This document shows, one piece after another, positions 48,334 to 62,400 of a stretch of 64,000 nucleotides of DNA (the first letter of the stretch is position 1; every line of letters starts with the position of its first letter). Below the pieces are notes generated by a model. It saw only the letters and a list, made by a program, of their open reading frames with translations. It was not told the origin of the DNA and ran no database searches. The stretch comes from Octopus sinensis (Eukaryota). The stretch spans positions 111,724,001 to 111,788,000 of the forward strand of contig NC_043000.1 of assembly GCF_006345805.1 (NCBI RefSeq). The letters run 5' to 3'. The position numbers and the translations under genes are program-made.

Positions 48334-51300
48334 AGCTTGTGCTGGAACAAGTTGTGTAACTTGGTCACTGACATTCTTGACCATTTGACCATGTCTCCTA
48401 TAACCTGATCATTGATATTCTGGTTAGCAAGAACATCTGCCACTTGATCACCAAGGCTGTTCCTCCCAATGGCCTAATTATACATCTATGGCTTAATTGC
48501 TGATACTTTACTCTGCTGGACCTAATTATACATCTGCCATTTAGTTCTTGAATACTCTGTTCCATAAGACCAAGCTGTCCATCTGTGACAACCACACTGA
48601 GAATCTATTCTGCTGGACCTCATCACCAATTCTCCATTCCACTGGACCTGGTCACCAATACTCTGCTCCACTGAACCAAGTCATAGATGTACAACATAAG
48701 GCCTGGTAACCTAATCATATAAAAAGCCCATTGATTCAGAGTGAATACAAGTGCCTGTGCCTTCTGATGACTCCCATGACTCTATCACGTTTGCTCTTTT
48801 TTTTCTTCTTTTTTGGCTTTTTTTTTTTTGCCTTTTTCTTATTTAAACTGTATTGTGTGGCGAATGGAGTACAACTGTGGAGGTGTACTATTATCAAAGA
48901 GATAGGGTCCAGCCTAACTCTTGGAGAAGGGATCACTTTTGAAATTTATTTTTTCTATTTTTTTCTTCTGTTGATGTTTTCAATGTGTATTTTCTTCCGT
49001 TTTCATTCTTCACTCTCCAGATGTGTGTGTGTGTGTATATATCAGTCCAATACTGACCACCTCCTATGTGTGTGTGTGTGTGGTGAGAGTCCTCCAGCAG
49101 GGTCTTACAGCTGTGATTACCAGAGTTTCTGATTCTCTAACAGCGATTTCCCCCCACCCCCACCCCCTAAAAAGTATTTGTGATATTGACACCAGGTTGC
49201 CTAAATTTCTGTGACCTTTGACCTTGCCACCAAACATTCAGCGCCATCATTAGTAGCAACTTATCGTTCCAATTTATCCATGACATTAACATTTTTGGGG
49301 TTCCTGAACAAAGCAAAAATTAAATACATCGTTATTAATGTGGCAAGTTGGCAGAATTTTTGGCTGGTACTCTTTACATGCTGAGTTCAAGCACAGTCAA
49401 AGTCGACTTGGCCATTCATCCTTTTGGGGCTGATAAAATAAAGCACCAGTCAAGTACCAGGGTCGATGTAATCAACTAACATCCACCCACCCACCCACAC
49501 CCAAAATTGCTGGCCTTGTGCCAAAATTTGAAACCTTTATCAAAGCGCCAGTCTGACTGAATCAGTGGTGCCCCCAGACAAAATGCTTAAATAGCATTTC
49601 TTTGAATTCTGAGGTCAACCTTGACCTTCATCCTTTCAAGGGTTGATAAAATAAAGTCCCAGACAAGTACTGGAATTAATGCCCCTCCCCTTGATTTTTG
49701 GCCTTGAACCATTTGATCATTTGACCCTTGAACAAAATGCCTCGCAGTATTTGTTCCAGATCTTTGGGTTCTGCATTCCAATTCTACCAATGTCAACTTT
49801 GATTTCTACCCTTAGGGGTCAATTAATTAGAGTACCATTCAAGTACAAACATCGATTCAACCCCCCTCCCCATTTCTGACCTATAGCTCCCTGAATTAGA
49901 AACTGATGGCAGTGGGTTGACAAAATTGTTAGAACAAAATGCCTTGTGGTATTTGGTTTGGACCCTTTATAATCTGAGTTCAAACCCCATCAAAGTTCAC
50001 TTTGCCTTTTACCTTTCCCTGGTTGATAAAACGAAGTAGCAATCAAGTATCAGGGTCAATGTAATTGATTGTACCTTGCCCCCTAAATTTATGGCCTTAA
50101 GTCTCTGAACAAAAATTGCTATTAGGAAGGTGATTGGCAATATGGTCAATTGTGGGGGTCTACCTTTGTCTCAATCTGCTATTATTCCTAAGGCGATTTC
50201 ACCCTCCAAAAACATAACCATTTCATTATTTTTAATAATCTCTAATCCTCATATAAAGCTCTCAGTAAATCCATAGAATGCATCGAGCTGGGTTCCTAAT
50301 CTTTTTTTTTTAGGGCATAGAGGACAAAGGGCAGTGTCCGTGACCCTTTTTGATGGTCACTGTGACTGACAGGAAGGGAAGTTATCTCCCCTTCTTGGCC
50401 TGAAGGGCTGCAATAGAATGTGCCTTGCTAAAGGCAAACAAGGAGTCAGCTCTTTTCAAACCATGCCATGACCATTCCACTTAAATTGGTAAAATACTGG
50501 AGGAAGGAGTGGCAGATTGGTAGAAATCAGAAGAGCATCAGACAAAATATATTTGTGGTACTCACTTAAAGCTCTTTATGTTCCGAGTTCAAATCCCGTT
50601 GCTGTCTTCTTTGCCTCCAATCCTGCTGGGTTTCATAAAGTACTAGCCAAGTATGTGGGTCAGTTTAATCGACCGAGCCTTCCTCAAAAATATCTGGTCA
50701 TGTACCTCTCTGTAAGGGAAAACAAAGAACAGTTAAAAGAACAAGACTACATTGTGTTTCTTGTTGCTTTGAATGTTGACACGAAGCAGTATTAGACCCA
50801 ATCCCTTAAGACAAATGCATCCCTTGCCATGCCTTGTCATCTTCAGATTCTCAGCATTGTCTCGCTCTCTCTCGCCAATATATTTTATCATCATCACTGG
50901 GGTTAAACTGCTAGTTTTGATGGGTTTTTTTTTTTTATCAGTCACATCAGCCCTGACTTTAGGATGATTTTAATGAGTGTGTATGAGAAGATGTTGTACC
51001 TGAAGGTGGCAGGTTGTTACACCAGTCTGAGTGTGGGGAATAATAACCCAAAAAGTTGAGATCAGGAGGTTGTAGATTCTTTACTAAGAAACTAAGTCAT
51101 CATACTTGTAAATAAAGATGGAATTGAGCACGGTGTGGTGTAAATGCCTTTCACAGCTTCATTAGAAATACCATTGGAAGCAAACCTGTTCTGAAGGAAC
51201 CGAAAGCATTCCACAGAGTTAGCTTGCTGGAAAAATTTGCTTCCCTTCTACAACTTGAATGTCACAATCTTTTTATTTTCCTTCAGCAATAAAATTGAGT

Positions 51301-52266
51301 TTCTTTGTTCATGTCAGGAACATCTATAATTATTCCATTAATATTGGTGTTTTATTTTGACAAGGAGGACCGAGTGACCTTTGTCAAGGAGAACTATGTA
51401 AGTGAAAAGACTCGGAGTGACCATGCTCCACTAACTTATTAACTAACCTATGGTGCCTGTCAGTATTCATATTAAACCAGTGACTCATGTACCCAACTCA
51501 AGGCTCCTTGGGTTCATGCCCTGCTCTAAGCAAAACACTAAATAACTACTACCCTCTAATGTTTTGTAATAAACAATCGTCTCCCTCAAAAAATTGCTGG
51601 CCTTGTACCGAAATAAGAAACTAGAAATGGTTATTGTTACCAGGACAACGGTTTGGCAGAACTATTTGCACATCAGAAAGAATGCCTTGCTGGGTTTCAT
51701 TTGACACTACATTCTGAGTTCAAATGTTGTTAGAGTCAACTTTGCCTTTTATCCTTCTGGGGTCAATAAAATAAAGTACCACTATTGACTCTGCCCATCC
51801 CATCAAAATACTGCTGGCCTTGTGTCTAAATTAAAAACCATTACAATTCTAGTAATTTTCATAGATTCTTTCATAACCAAGTACAGTACCCCAGTGATCA
51901 GAATTCAAATCCTAGCATGAGTGTCTTTCTCTGTCATACTTCTAGGCTTAACATCTCATTATATCTTTATAATACTAAAAATACCTCACAGTGTCAAGGT
52001 ACTTCCCTCCTCAACCTGAGTTCAAATCCTACCAATGACATTTTCAACTGTCATTTCCCTAATCTCTCAGATCAGTAAAATAATACCACTTGATTAAATT
52101 GAGTATTTTTTTTGTTTTTCATTTCAAAAAATGCATAACCTTGTGCAAAGATTATGAGGGATTATAACAAACCGTGTGAGGCAGATCAATTTTAACTTAG
52201 CTTTCTAATATATATTTTTAAGCTTGATCATTTAGGTAGTTTTCTATTTGTTTTAATTTTTTTTAA

Positions 52267-52458
52267 ACTTTCACTCTAGCCGTATATCCAACCCAACTAT
52301 TCTACTTGTTTTATGTCGCAACTGTCCAGTTCTGACCTCTCACGCCTCCCCTACAATGTCATTGAAATGTTGAAATAACAAGATGATGCATGGTTAATTC
52401 TTAACAATGGTGAATAAATAAGCCTTGCATTTGAGAGAGTCGTCTGAATGCCAAAGGG
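52267..52458. mobile_element. piggyBac-like MITE, family 2
   Basis: Ends gaatgccaaaggg-TTAA. Internal similarity to 44324-44499. Confidence 0.55.
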
Positions 52459-54521
52459 TTAATGGTTTGGCCTGGAACAAGAATCTGTACAATGGCTTTT
52501 AACAGACCCTCCAAGACTGACAAGGTCGGTGCTATTCATGTTCCTCTTCAACAGTTCCAAGTTGACAGTTGTACGATATAAAAATACAAATTAAACATTT
52601 AGTGAACAACAAGTTTCACTTTAGTAGAATCAGTTGAGCAACAAACAGAATGCTTTGTGGTGTTTAGTTATATTCGGACTTGAAATTCCATAAAAGTTCA
52701 CCTACCCTTTCATCATTCCAGGGTCACTAAGTCCCCATCAAACTCTTGGCACAAAATTGATCTTTTTCCCACAGCCATTGTTTCCAAAGTCTTTTCTGGA
52801 TGACCAAATTTTCTGAACTGCAGTTGGTCACCTTGATTAACACACTCTAAACTATACAAAAATTAGACAATTATTAAATAATTAAATGAAATACAGTTCG
52901 ATGTACATTAGTGTAAATTGGTGCCGATTATGAAAGGTTCAGGACTGTCAGGGTCCAGAAAGTCAGTGTTGCATCTGTATTAACATCGATTTCATTAAAG
53001 CTGATTCCTTTCCCAAAAGTTTGTGGCCTTCTACTCATGTTAGAAACCTTAATTGATGCTCATGAGTTTTCATTACTGGACTATAGTCTATATAATCATA
53101 AGCTCCAAATTTATATTAGGGGCCTTGACTCAGTACATGACTTGCTTTCTTCGGTTTTACCTGGTTGTTGCTAGAAGTAGTTCTATTTTCAACAATAAAT
53201 AGCTGATGTCTCATTTGAGAAGTAATTTCCATCTGATTCAGACAAGCATTGAAGAAACTAAACCAGAACAAATAATAACAATGTCTGTAGATGCACCGGT
53301 TGCTCAGCAGGAAATTGCAGAAGCTTCCTCTGTGATTTACGACATCAGTCTCCACCAGACATCCTCTGGAACAGAAAGAGTAGCACTTTTCCTCAAACTA
53401 CAACCCTGGAAATGGTTTCAAAGTAAAGCTGACATTGTTACCCAGCTGGTTTCTTTGGTCCATTTTTCACAGATAGGCAGCTGGGATTAAGAAAATTCTC
53501 CAATTTATCCCAAGAATATTCAATATAGATATTTACAAACTGTTATGGCCAACATTAACTTGTCAACACATTGCAGTCACCCTCAATAAAAACCAGCCTG
53601 GAACTACCCCTACTTCTATAGCACAACCTATTTTAAATTCATACCTTATATGTCAGGACATTTAGTTAAATTATAAATAGCAAGTTAAAAAAAAGGAACT
53701 CATTTTACACACGTAGGCTTCTACCGAGTTTCTGTCTCCTAACTTCAGTCAGAGAAGTCTTTGGCTGGTCCAGAGCCACAGCAGAAGACACTTTCCCCGA
53801 GGTGCAAACTGAGCCACGCACTCCTCCATACATCCGTATATGGCCATGCAGTTAAGAAGTCTGTACGGCAACCCCATTGGCTTCAGCCTTGGTCCCTCGG
53901 GGTGCCCAAGTATCTTCTACTGTTGCCTCCAGCTGACCACAATCACTTGAGAATGAAACTGAGAGGTGGAAACTCTGTGGAAGTTGTCATGTGTGTGTGT
54001 TTGTGTCTTTGTATCCGATAACTTAGTGGTTCAACAAGTAGAGAATGATATAAGTACCAGAGGTGATGTAATCCAGTCAAAATCCTTTGAAGCAGCTTCC
54101 CAGCACACAGCAGTCCATAATTTTACTGACAGTATATGGATCTTTGCAGTTCTATCTCCAATGTATAAAGAATAGAATTAGCATAAAATCATAATGCTTT
54201 AGAACTGACACAAAAAAAAAAATAAACATTATCAAAATAGCAAAGAAGACATGAGGGTTGGTGGGGGGGAACGGTTAATAGAATTTATAAAAGACTGGTT
54301 TGTGTGCAATTTCAGAAACTGGTCTTTTCTTTACTGTGTAGACTTAATGTCATAGCCCCAAATAATCCCTAATTTATATGGTTAGTTTTTTGAGCACTTT
54401 GCTGAAAAATATGCCACTTAACTAATCATGATATACTCAATGGAGCACGTATGTGCCTTGTTTCAGAGTGTATATATTAATGTCTTTATGGCAAGTTATA
54501 ATAAAAACAATTTTACATTAA

Positions 54522-54723
54522 CCCTTCCGTTACCAACCCGGCTGAAACCGGCTTTGTTTTTGTAAGTTTTGAATTAGAATCTTCCACCAAACCTTAGTCA
54601 CAATTTATGTTCCTAACACAAGCTTAATGATAACTAAGTTATTTTACTAAATTCTTTGTTATATTTAAAGTAATTAAAAGAAGCCTGACAGATCATCTCA
54701 AATTAAATACAGTAACGAAAGGG
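54522..54723. mobile_element. piggyBac-like MITE, family 1
   Basis: TTAA-CCCTTCCGTTAC ... GTAACGAAAGGG-TTAA: TIRs and TTAA target duplication intact. Confidence 0.85.
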
Positions 54724-55149
54724 TTAAACTAAATAATTGCTCAATAATTTTACAAGAAGTGGAGTAACAGTGACTTTGAAGTTTGGGCTTGCTAGCTTTC
54801 ATCAGACTTATAAGTATAAAAATCATTTTTAGATGCACTTTCTATGTTGGGATGCGGTGGGTGGTGCAACAGGATCGGATGTGCTGCAGAAGCACATCCT
54901 GCTCCAATGTTTCAGCTTTGTTAAGATGCTCCAGTGGGACTTGGTTCTCAACACATTGGATCCTGTCAAACTACCCAACCCATGTCATCATCACAAGCAA
55001 TATATATAGTAAAACAAGACATACATACATATGAAGGAACATGGCTTAATGTTGGGGTACTTAGCTCGTGATCGTGAGTTCAATTCTGGTGTCACATTGT
55101 GTCCTTGAGCAAGACTCTCTATTTCACATTGCTCCAGTCCACTCAGCTG

Positions 55150-55697
55150 GTAAAAATGAGTTGTACCTAAGGCAGTGAGCTGGCAGAAACATTAGCATGC
55201 CGGGTGAAATGCTTAGCGGTATTTCATCTGTCTTTACGTTCCGAGTTCAACATTGCCTTTCATCCTTTCGGATTCGATAAATTAAGTACCAGTTACACAC
55301 TGGGGTTGATCTAATCAACTGGCCCCATTCCCCAAAATTCCTAGAGTAGAAAAAAAAAAAGAGTGGTATCTGTCATCATTCAAAGGGGCCAGCCCTGTCA
55401 CACAATCTCCCTGAGAACTATGTTAAGGGTACACGTGTCTGTGGAGTACTCAGCCACTTGCACAATAATTTCATAAGCGAGCTGGCAGAATCATTAGCAC
55501 GCCGGGCGAAATGCTTAGCAGTATTTCGTCCAGCTTTACGTTCCGAGTTCAAATTCTGCTGAGGTCGACTTTGCCTTTCATCCTTTCGGGGTCAATTAAA
55601 CAAGTATCAGTTACGCACTGGGGGTCGATGTAATTGACTTAATCCCTTTGTTTGTCCCCTCTATGTTTAGGTCAATGAGAGCAATAAAGAAATAATT
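55150..55697 (+). mobile_element. Nested SINE cluster (family A units plus another SINE body)
   Basis: Two gagctggcagaa heads at about 55157 and 55479. Confidence 0.7.
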
Positions 55698-58000
55698 TCA
55701 CAAGCAGGCTGTTCTGTTGATCAGATCCAATGAGACACACACAATGGTATCTTTGTGCCTTGCAACAGGAAATAATGACAAGAACTTTTTTCTGAGTAAT
55801 GATATTATGACCTCTTGACTAAGGGTAGGGGTGGGGGGGGGAGAATGTAAAGTTGATTTCATCACCCTCAGTCTACTACAGGGACTTACTTTACCAAATA
55901 CCCAGATAAGGGAAAGCAATGTTAACTCACCATTTTAACTATTGGGAAACCAAATTGAATTGAAATTCCTCAGGCACTGCCAAGTGTCTCCAGCCCAAGC
56001 CTTAATAATAATAATAATAATAGTAACAATAATGTTTTTAATTGAGGCACAAGACTAGTAATTGTGAGAGATGGCGGCCAGTCAATTACAGTGACCCTCA
56101 GTACATCACTGGTACTTTATTTTATCAATCCCAGAAATGATAAAAGGTTTACTAGGATTTAAAACAAAGAACTGGAAGAAATACTTCAAGGCATTTTATT
56201 TTGATGCTCCAACAATTCTGCCAATCCACTCCCCACCCCCAAATAATAATAATAATGATGATGATGATGAATATAAACTGTGACAAGAGAATCTTGTCAT
56301 TTGATATTTCCCATTATTTTGTTAATATTTGTTTATATAACACAATATGCATATTCATGTATGTATGTGTGTGTATATATATTTACACACACATACATAT
56401 GTATTCACACACACACGTGTAATTCTGTTGGGGTCTGTTTTCTGTGGTTTAATGGGTGGTGGAGAGCTTTCTGGTAAAAAAAAAGTATTAAGACTGGCAT
56501 AATAATGTGGCTCAGTGTTTTGGTGGATGAGAGAGAAATCTCTACCAGGATAGGCCACTAGTCTATCACAGGTGACACTCGACACTCCCTCTGAAAGTAT
56601 GTGAATTAAATGTTCTGCCCCAGAAACTAAAAGAAACAAAACAAAACAAAAAAAACAGCTGCTGTGAATATGAACCCCTGGTCCCATGCTATAGTTGTCA
56701 AATATTCTATCAACATAACCATTTTCATCTCTGCTTTTCCCTAGCATGAAGAGGACAAGAAGAAAGTGTGCACCTGTGTGTGTGAAAGAGAGAGAGAGAG
56801 AGAGAGAGAGTGACAGACAAAGAAAGAGAGAGAGTGCTTTCATGATACTTGTGATTCTGTGAGGTTCATTCTGACTGCCAACAAGACATTTTTGGTAACT
56901 ATAGCCACTCCCTCCACTCAACAGACGTTGCCAGAAATGAAAATAAACAAAGAAAAGTTCCAATATCCTGTCTAACCATTGTGTGACAATCCATCTTTCA
57001 ATGTAATTAAAAAATGTTGCTTCAATTCCAATTAAAAACAATCTCACAGACAACTTTCTTTTTTCCTTTTTTTGTTTTGTTATTTTCTACTTTGTATGTT
57101 CTGTATTTGCTGTTGTTGTTATTGTAATTGCTTAGCACGCCTACCTACCCACCTCTCCTTCCTGGTCAATCCTCACCCAGCAGACTAGGATCAAAAGTTA
57201 AAAGTCAGTGGTTGCTTAACACAATTAATTAAAGTACGTCAGCCAACAAATTTTAATTAATCTTAATTAAAAATAAACTCTATTAAAGACACAGTTTGAA
57301 CTCCAGCTGTCAAGTGACAATCCCAGACATGTTTCAGTCTAAGGCATTCCAGCCATGACCATCAAGCCTTTTATTCTAGACATAAGTGTATCTAGAACTA
57401 CATCATCTGATGATCACCTGCGTTATTTCTTGCAGGTGAAATACATACGAAGTGGTTCCGTTTTTAATTTAAAGATGAAATTAAGGCACACGTGTGGCTG
57501 TGTGGTTAAAAAGCTTGTTTCTAATCTTGTGGTTTCCAGTTCAGTCCCAATGCAAAGCACCTTGTGCAAGTGTCTTCTACTATAGTTTTGGGCTGATCAA
57601 AGCCTTGTAAGTGAATTTGGTAAATGGAAACTAAAAGAAGCCTGTCATGTGTGCATGTACCTTTGTCTAGACATCACCTGGTGTTTGTAAACAAACATCA
57701 CCATCATACAAATGAGGTTGTTCGTTTCCAGTCTTCCATGAAAACATGTCTGGTCATGGAGAAGTGTTACCTTACTTAGAAAGAAAAGAGAGTTGGTAAC
57801 AGGAAGGACATCTGGTGACAGAAAATCTGTCTCAACAAATTCCATCTGATCCCTGCAAGCATGGAAGAATGAACAATAAAATGCTGATGATGGAGTTGTG
57901 ACATCATCATGCAACATGATTACCAAACAATTGAGAATGTTAATCCATGTCTTAGACATAAACCTCTCTTTACTGTACAATAATGGTATTAAGCAGAATG

Positions 58001-58232
58001 GCAGTGAGCTAGCAGAAACGTTAGCATGCTGGGCGAAATGCATAGCCGTATTTCGTCTGTCGTTTCATTCCGAGTTCAAATTCTGCCGAGGTTGACTTTG
58101 CCTTTCATCCTTTCGGGGTCGATTAAATAAGCACCAGTTACACACTGGGGTCGATGTAATCGACTTAATCTGTTTGTCTGTCCTTGTTTGTCCCCTCTGT
58201 GTTTAGCCCCTTGTGGGTAGTAAAGAAATAAG
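58001..58232 (+). mobile_element. SINE family A, full unit
   Basis: Matches 5424-5654. Confidence 0.8.
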
Positions 58233-59774
58233 TATTAAGCATAATGTAAGGCCTTCATCAGTTAATGCTGACTCCACAGCTGTGCATATACATGCAGGCC
58301 CAGACAAGATTTTTGAGGAAAACTGACCGTTTTCCAGTCATGCAAGTGTCTCTTTGCTACACCACTTAAGTTCATCCTAAGGAAAGACTGCTGTGAACTT
58401 GGACCACCGTGGTCGCAAACCTTGCTGCCAGAACGGACAAGAGCTGGAACTGATACTGCAAGGCATCCTTCTTGATCCGCTAACAGTTCTGCCAATCTAG
58501 GGCCCTTTAGATTGGTAGGTTTTAATCAACCCTGAAATGAGTAAAAAGCAAACTTAACCTCAACAGAATTTGAACTCAGCACCCAGAGAGTCAGAACAAA
58601 TACTGCAAGGTAAACCAATTAACCAATCCTATAAATATCAGTTCTAAACTTCAGACAAACCAAACACCCCATCATACTCTATTAAGGATGAGCTTTAAAT
58701 GCCAGGGGCATTGTCCCTTCTTCAGATGAAATGCTTTTTCAACAGCTTACACATATGGCATCTTTTGTTTAACCAACAAACTCATTCCCTGTTGATGTTC
58801 CGAGAATATACAAAGTCGAATTTGCAGAGATTAGAATGTCTTACCATTCTCTGCTCTCAAAATCCAAATTCTGTTAAAGGTGACTTTGTTTTTCATTCCT
58901 TTTGGAGCCGTTTATAAGGTACCGGCCCAGGGTGGTTCTTAAGCCCTTCACTCCTTGTGGGGCTTAAGCCATTAATGACATTTCTCCACTGTTCTCAACT
59001 CTGAGCCATCAGCCTCCCTTGAGGGCATGTTTCCCTGGGGGATGGCCTTCCTGTCCCAGATCTTGTTGGTTTTCAATTGTCTCAAGTGAGTGGAAGTCAA
59101 GAATTACTCTCTAATGGAAGTGACATTGTACACAATGTTATATGACAAGCTATAAAGCAATGACATCCAACACCAAAAGCACCCGTACTGGTGCCACATA
59201 AATGGTAACCCATGTTGGTGCCACATAAAAAGCATCCAGTACACTCTGTAAAGTGGTGGGCATCCAGCCATAGAAACCATGCCAAAACAGACAAGTGGAG
59301 CCTGGTGTGGCTCTCTGGCTGGTCAGCTCTTGTTAAAACTGTCCAACCCAGGCCAGCATGGAAGACCGACATTAAATGGTGATGGTTCTGTAGAAATCAC
59401 TCCAAATTGTCTCAGATCTTCATTACATCTCACCAAGGCATAGGTATAAAAGAACATTTAACTAACATTTTCCTCATGTAACTTTGGTTTCTTTTTGGAA
59501 AGAATTAAAAGGTTAATGATGCCAACAAGAAACCAATCTCATTTAGAATCCTGCCATATCCAATAACTTGACTGAAAGACATGTTATGCCCTGTTCTTTG
59601 CAGAATTATTTAGTGCTCAGGGCAAGGATGACTTATGAAAACTAAAGTGGTCAGTTTAATTATAGATACTAGTCTCAACTTTTTCATCCTCACATCTTAA
59701 ATAATTAACCTTAATTACCACATCACAGTTTCCAGTTGCTACCAGATCTTCTGGATATATTTTCTTATTCAAAA

Positions 59775-60785
59775 CATCATCATTTAACATCCGCTTTCCA
59801 TGCTAGCATAGGTTGGACGATTTGACTGAGAACTGGCAAACCAGGCTTCAATCTTGATCTGGCAGAGCTTCTACAGCTGGATGCCCTTCCTAACGCCAAC
59901 CACTCCAAGAGCGTATTGGTCGCTTTTACATGCCACCAGCACGGGGCCAGTCAGGCGGTACTGGCAATGACCTCGCTCGAATCTTTTACACAAGCCACCA
60001 GCACAGGTGCCGGTAAGGTGATGCTGGTAATGATCATGCTGGAATGGTGTCTTTTATGTGCCACCGGCACGGAGGCCAGATAGCCGCTCTGCAATGAACA
60101 CGCTCGGATGGTGCTCTTAACATCCTACTAGCATGGGGCTCGGTGCCAGTAAGGCGACGCTGGTAACGATCACACTCGAATGGTGCCTTTTAAGTGTCAC
60201 TGGCATGGAAGCCAGTTGGCCGCTCTGTCAATGATCACACTCGTATGGTGCTCTTTGCACCCCGCTAGCATGGATGCCAGTCATCGAATTTGATTTTGAT
60301 TTCACTTGCCTCAACAGGTCTTCGCATGCAGAATTTTAGTGTCCAAAGAAGGAAAAGGTACGCATAAGTGGGCTGGTTACGCCCCTAGCATAGGCCACGA
60401 GATTATGGCCTTGTTTGGCTTGCCGGGTCTTCTCACGCACAGCATATTTCCAAAGGTCTCGGTCACTAGTCATTTCCTTGGTGAGGCCTAAAGTTCGAAG
60501 GTTGTGCTTCATCACTTCATCCCAGGTCTTCCTGGGTCGACCTCTTCTACAGGTTCCCTCAACCGCTAGGGTGTGGCACTTTTTCACACAGCTGTCCTTG
60601 TCCATTCTCGCCACATGACCATACCAGCAGTCGTCTCTCTTGCACACCACATCTGATGCTTCTTAGGTTCAACTTTTCTCTCAAGGCACTTACACTCAGT
60701 CGAGTATGCACACTGACATTACACATCCATCGGATCACACTGGCTTCATTCCTTGTGAGCTTATGCATGTCCTCAGCAGTCATAG
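59775..60785 (-). mobile_element. RTE LINE 3' end: ORF C-terminus + tandem-repeat 3' UTR + family C tail
   Basis: EASVIRWMCNVSVH...GVQERRL..WYGHVARMDKDSCVKKC...RGRPRKTWDEV, continuous with the family C sequence ending in (GAT)n. Confidence 0.88.
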
Positions 60786-60938
60786 CCCAAATATTGAAAA
60801 GAATTGTAATTTAGAATAAAAATATCATCAATATGTCTGCAACCACCATTATTAACTAAATTCACATGAAGACAAATATATATCTGCAAATAAAGGGTCG
60901 CAATTCCCATCCATTAGATTACCATTCCTTGTTTAAAA

Positions 60939-61159
60939 CCCTTTCGATACCAACCTGGCTGAAGCTGTCTCTAGCTTTGTAGTACCAATGTCTTGTTTTC
61001 ATAAGTTTTGAATTAAAATCTTCCACCAAATCTTAGTCACAACTGATGTTCCTAACACTAGCTGAATGATAACAAAGTTATTTTACTAAATTCTTTATTA
61101 TATTTAAAGTAATTGAAAAAAACAGAGAGCATCTCAACAGGAATACAGTAACGAAAGGG
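60939..61159. mobile_element. piggyBac-like MITE, family 1
   Basis: CCCTTTCGATAC ... GTAACGAAAGGG-TTAA. Confidence 0.8.
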
Positions 61160-61569
61160 TTAACTATTCACCCTGCTAAAGCGATATATACATTATTACC
61201 AATAAAGCTAACCATTTCCTTTCATCTATTTATAAACGAGGGAAACCACTATATCCACTCCTCTTCTCTAGATGGAAGGTACAAATAATTGGGCCACCAT
61301 GGCCCTCCACCCATGTCTGTCCTGTACCAGTCAGCACAGTACTGAAAATCTTCCACCAATAGCTTCTTTGAGGTTATTGCTAAATCTGGTTTTAGGTCTT
61401 CCTCTTGTTCTTTTGCCATATGCCACACCTGTTAACAGGAACTTGTCATGGTGTTGTCTTCTAAATATATCTACACTTGGTTGGTTGAGAAAAAAAAGCC
61501 TTCACCATTTCTAATGGAAACATATTTATAACCTTTATTAAACATTATACCAATAACTTGAAATATTTT

Positions 61570-62400
61570 CCTAGCAAAAGTCCAAAGTCATAGTCAGTAG
61601 AAAGGCAGACAAATCACAAATCCCCTCAGGTAAATGGCCCTGCTCAATCTGTAGAAAAGGTATGGGTAGAAACTCCATAAGATGCACCCAATGTAAGCTT
61701 TGGACACATAAAAGGTGCAACATCCAAGGAAAATTAACAGAGAAACTAACTTTTGTATGTGGAAGGTGCACAGGCATAATAAATGCAGAAAATAGACTCC
61801 ATCAACTGACAGGCTAGAGGTAGTAGACAGCTTCCAGTATTTAGGCGACCAGGTTAGTAGTGGAGATGGATGTTCTGAGAGTGTAGCTGTGAGTATAAGA
61901 TTAGGCTGGGCAAAGTTCAGAGAGCTCCTAACCCTGCTGGCAACAAAAGGCCTTTCACAAAGTGAAAGGCAGATTGTTTGAGGCCTGTGTGCAAACAGCT
62001 ATGCTGCATGGTAGTGAAACATGGGCTGTGACAGCCATGTATATGCGTAGGCTTGAAAGAAATGAAGTCAGTTTGCTTCACTGGATGTGCAATATCAGTG
62101 TGCATGTTCAACAGAGTGTAAGCATCTTGAGAGAAAAGTTGGGCATAAGAGGCATCAGATGTGGAGTGCAAGAGAGACGACTGCACTGGTATGGTCATGT
62201 AATGGGTATGGTTGGGGACAGTTGTGTAAAGAAGTGTCGATCTCTAACTATGGAAGGATCCTATGGTAGAGGTAGACCCAGGAAGACACAGGACATGGTA
62301 GTGAAGCATGATCTTCAAACGTTGGCCTCACAGAAGCAATAACTAGTATCTGAGAGCTTTGGCGATGTGCTCTGCTTAAGAGGACTCATCAAGTCAAGTG
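61570..62400 (+). mobile_element. RTE LINE fragment (end of RT with PHD-like finger, and C-terminal region), frameshifted
   Basis: KVIVS...KWPCSICRKG...CTQCKLWTHKRC...CGRC; LEVVDSFQYLGD; IRLGWAKFREL; LHGSETWAV; RRLHWYGHV; RGRPRKT. Confidence 0.88.

Noticed and set aside
48736-48936. Lys-rich minus-strand ORF (NLS-like)
   Set aside because: Derived from a poly-T tract, with no supporting exon chain.
50995-51300. Coding-like minus-strand segment faintly resembling a DIRS tyrosine-recombinase N-terminus
   Set aside because: Multiple stops and frameshifts. The similarity is too weak to call by eye and needs TBLASTX.
53116-53490. Overlapping 79-94 aa ORFs on both strands with splice-like sites
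   Set aside because: No recognisable domain, and no phase-consistent partner exons were found.
58225-58265. Minus-strand CUGAUGA-AGGC...GCUU motif
   Set aside because: No GAAA box or cleavage site, and it is truncated by a SINE end.
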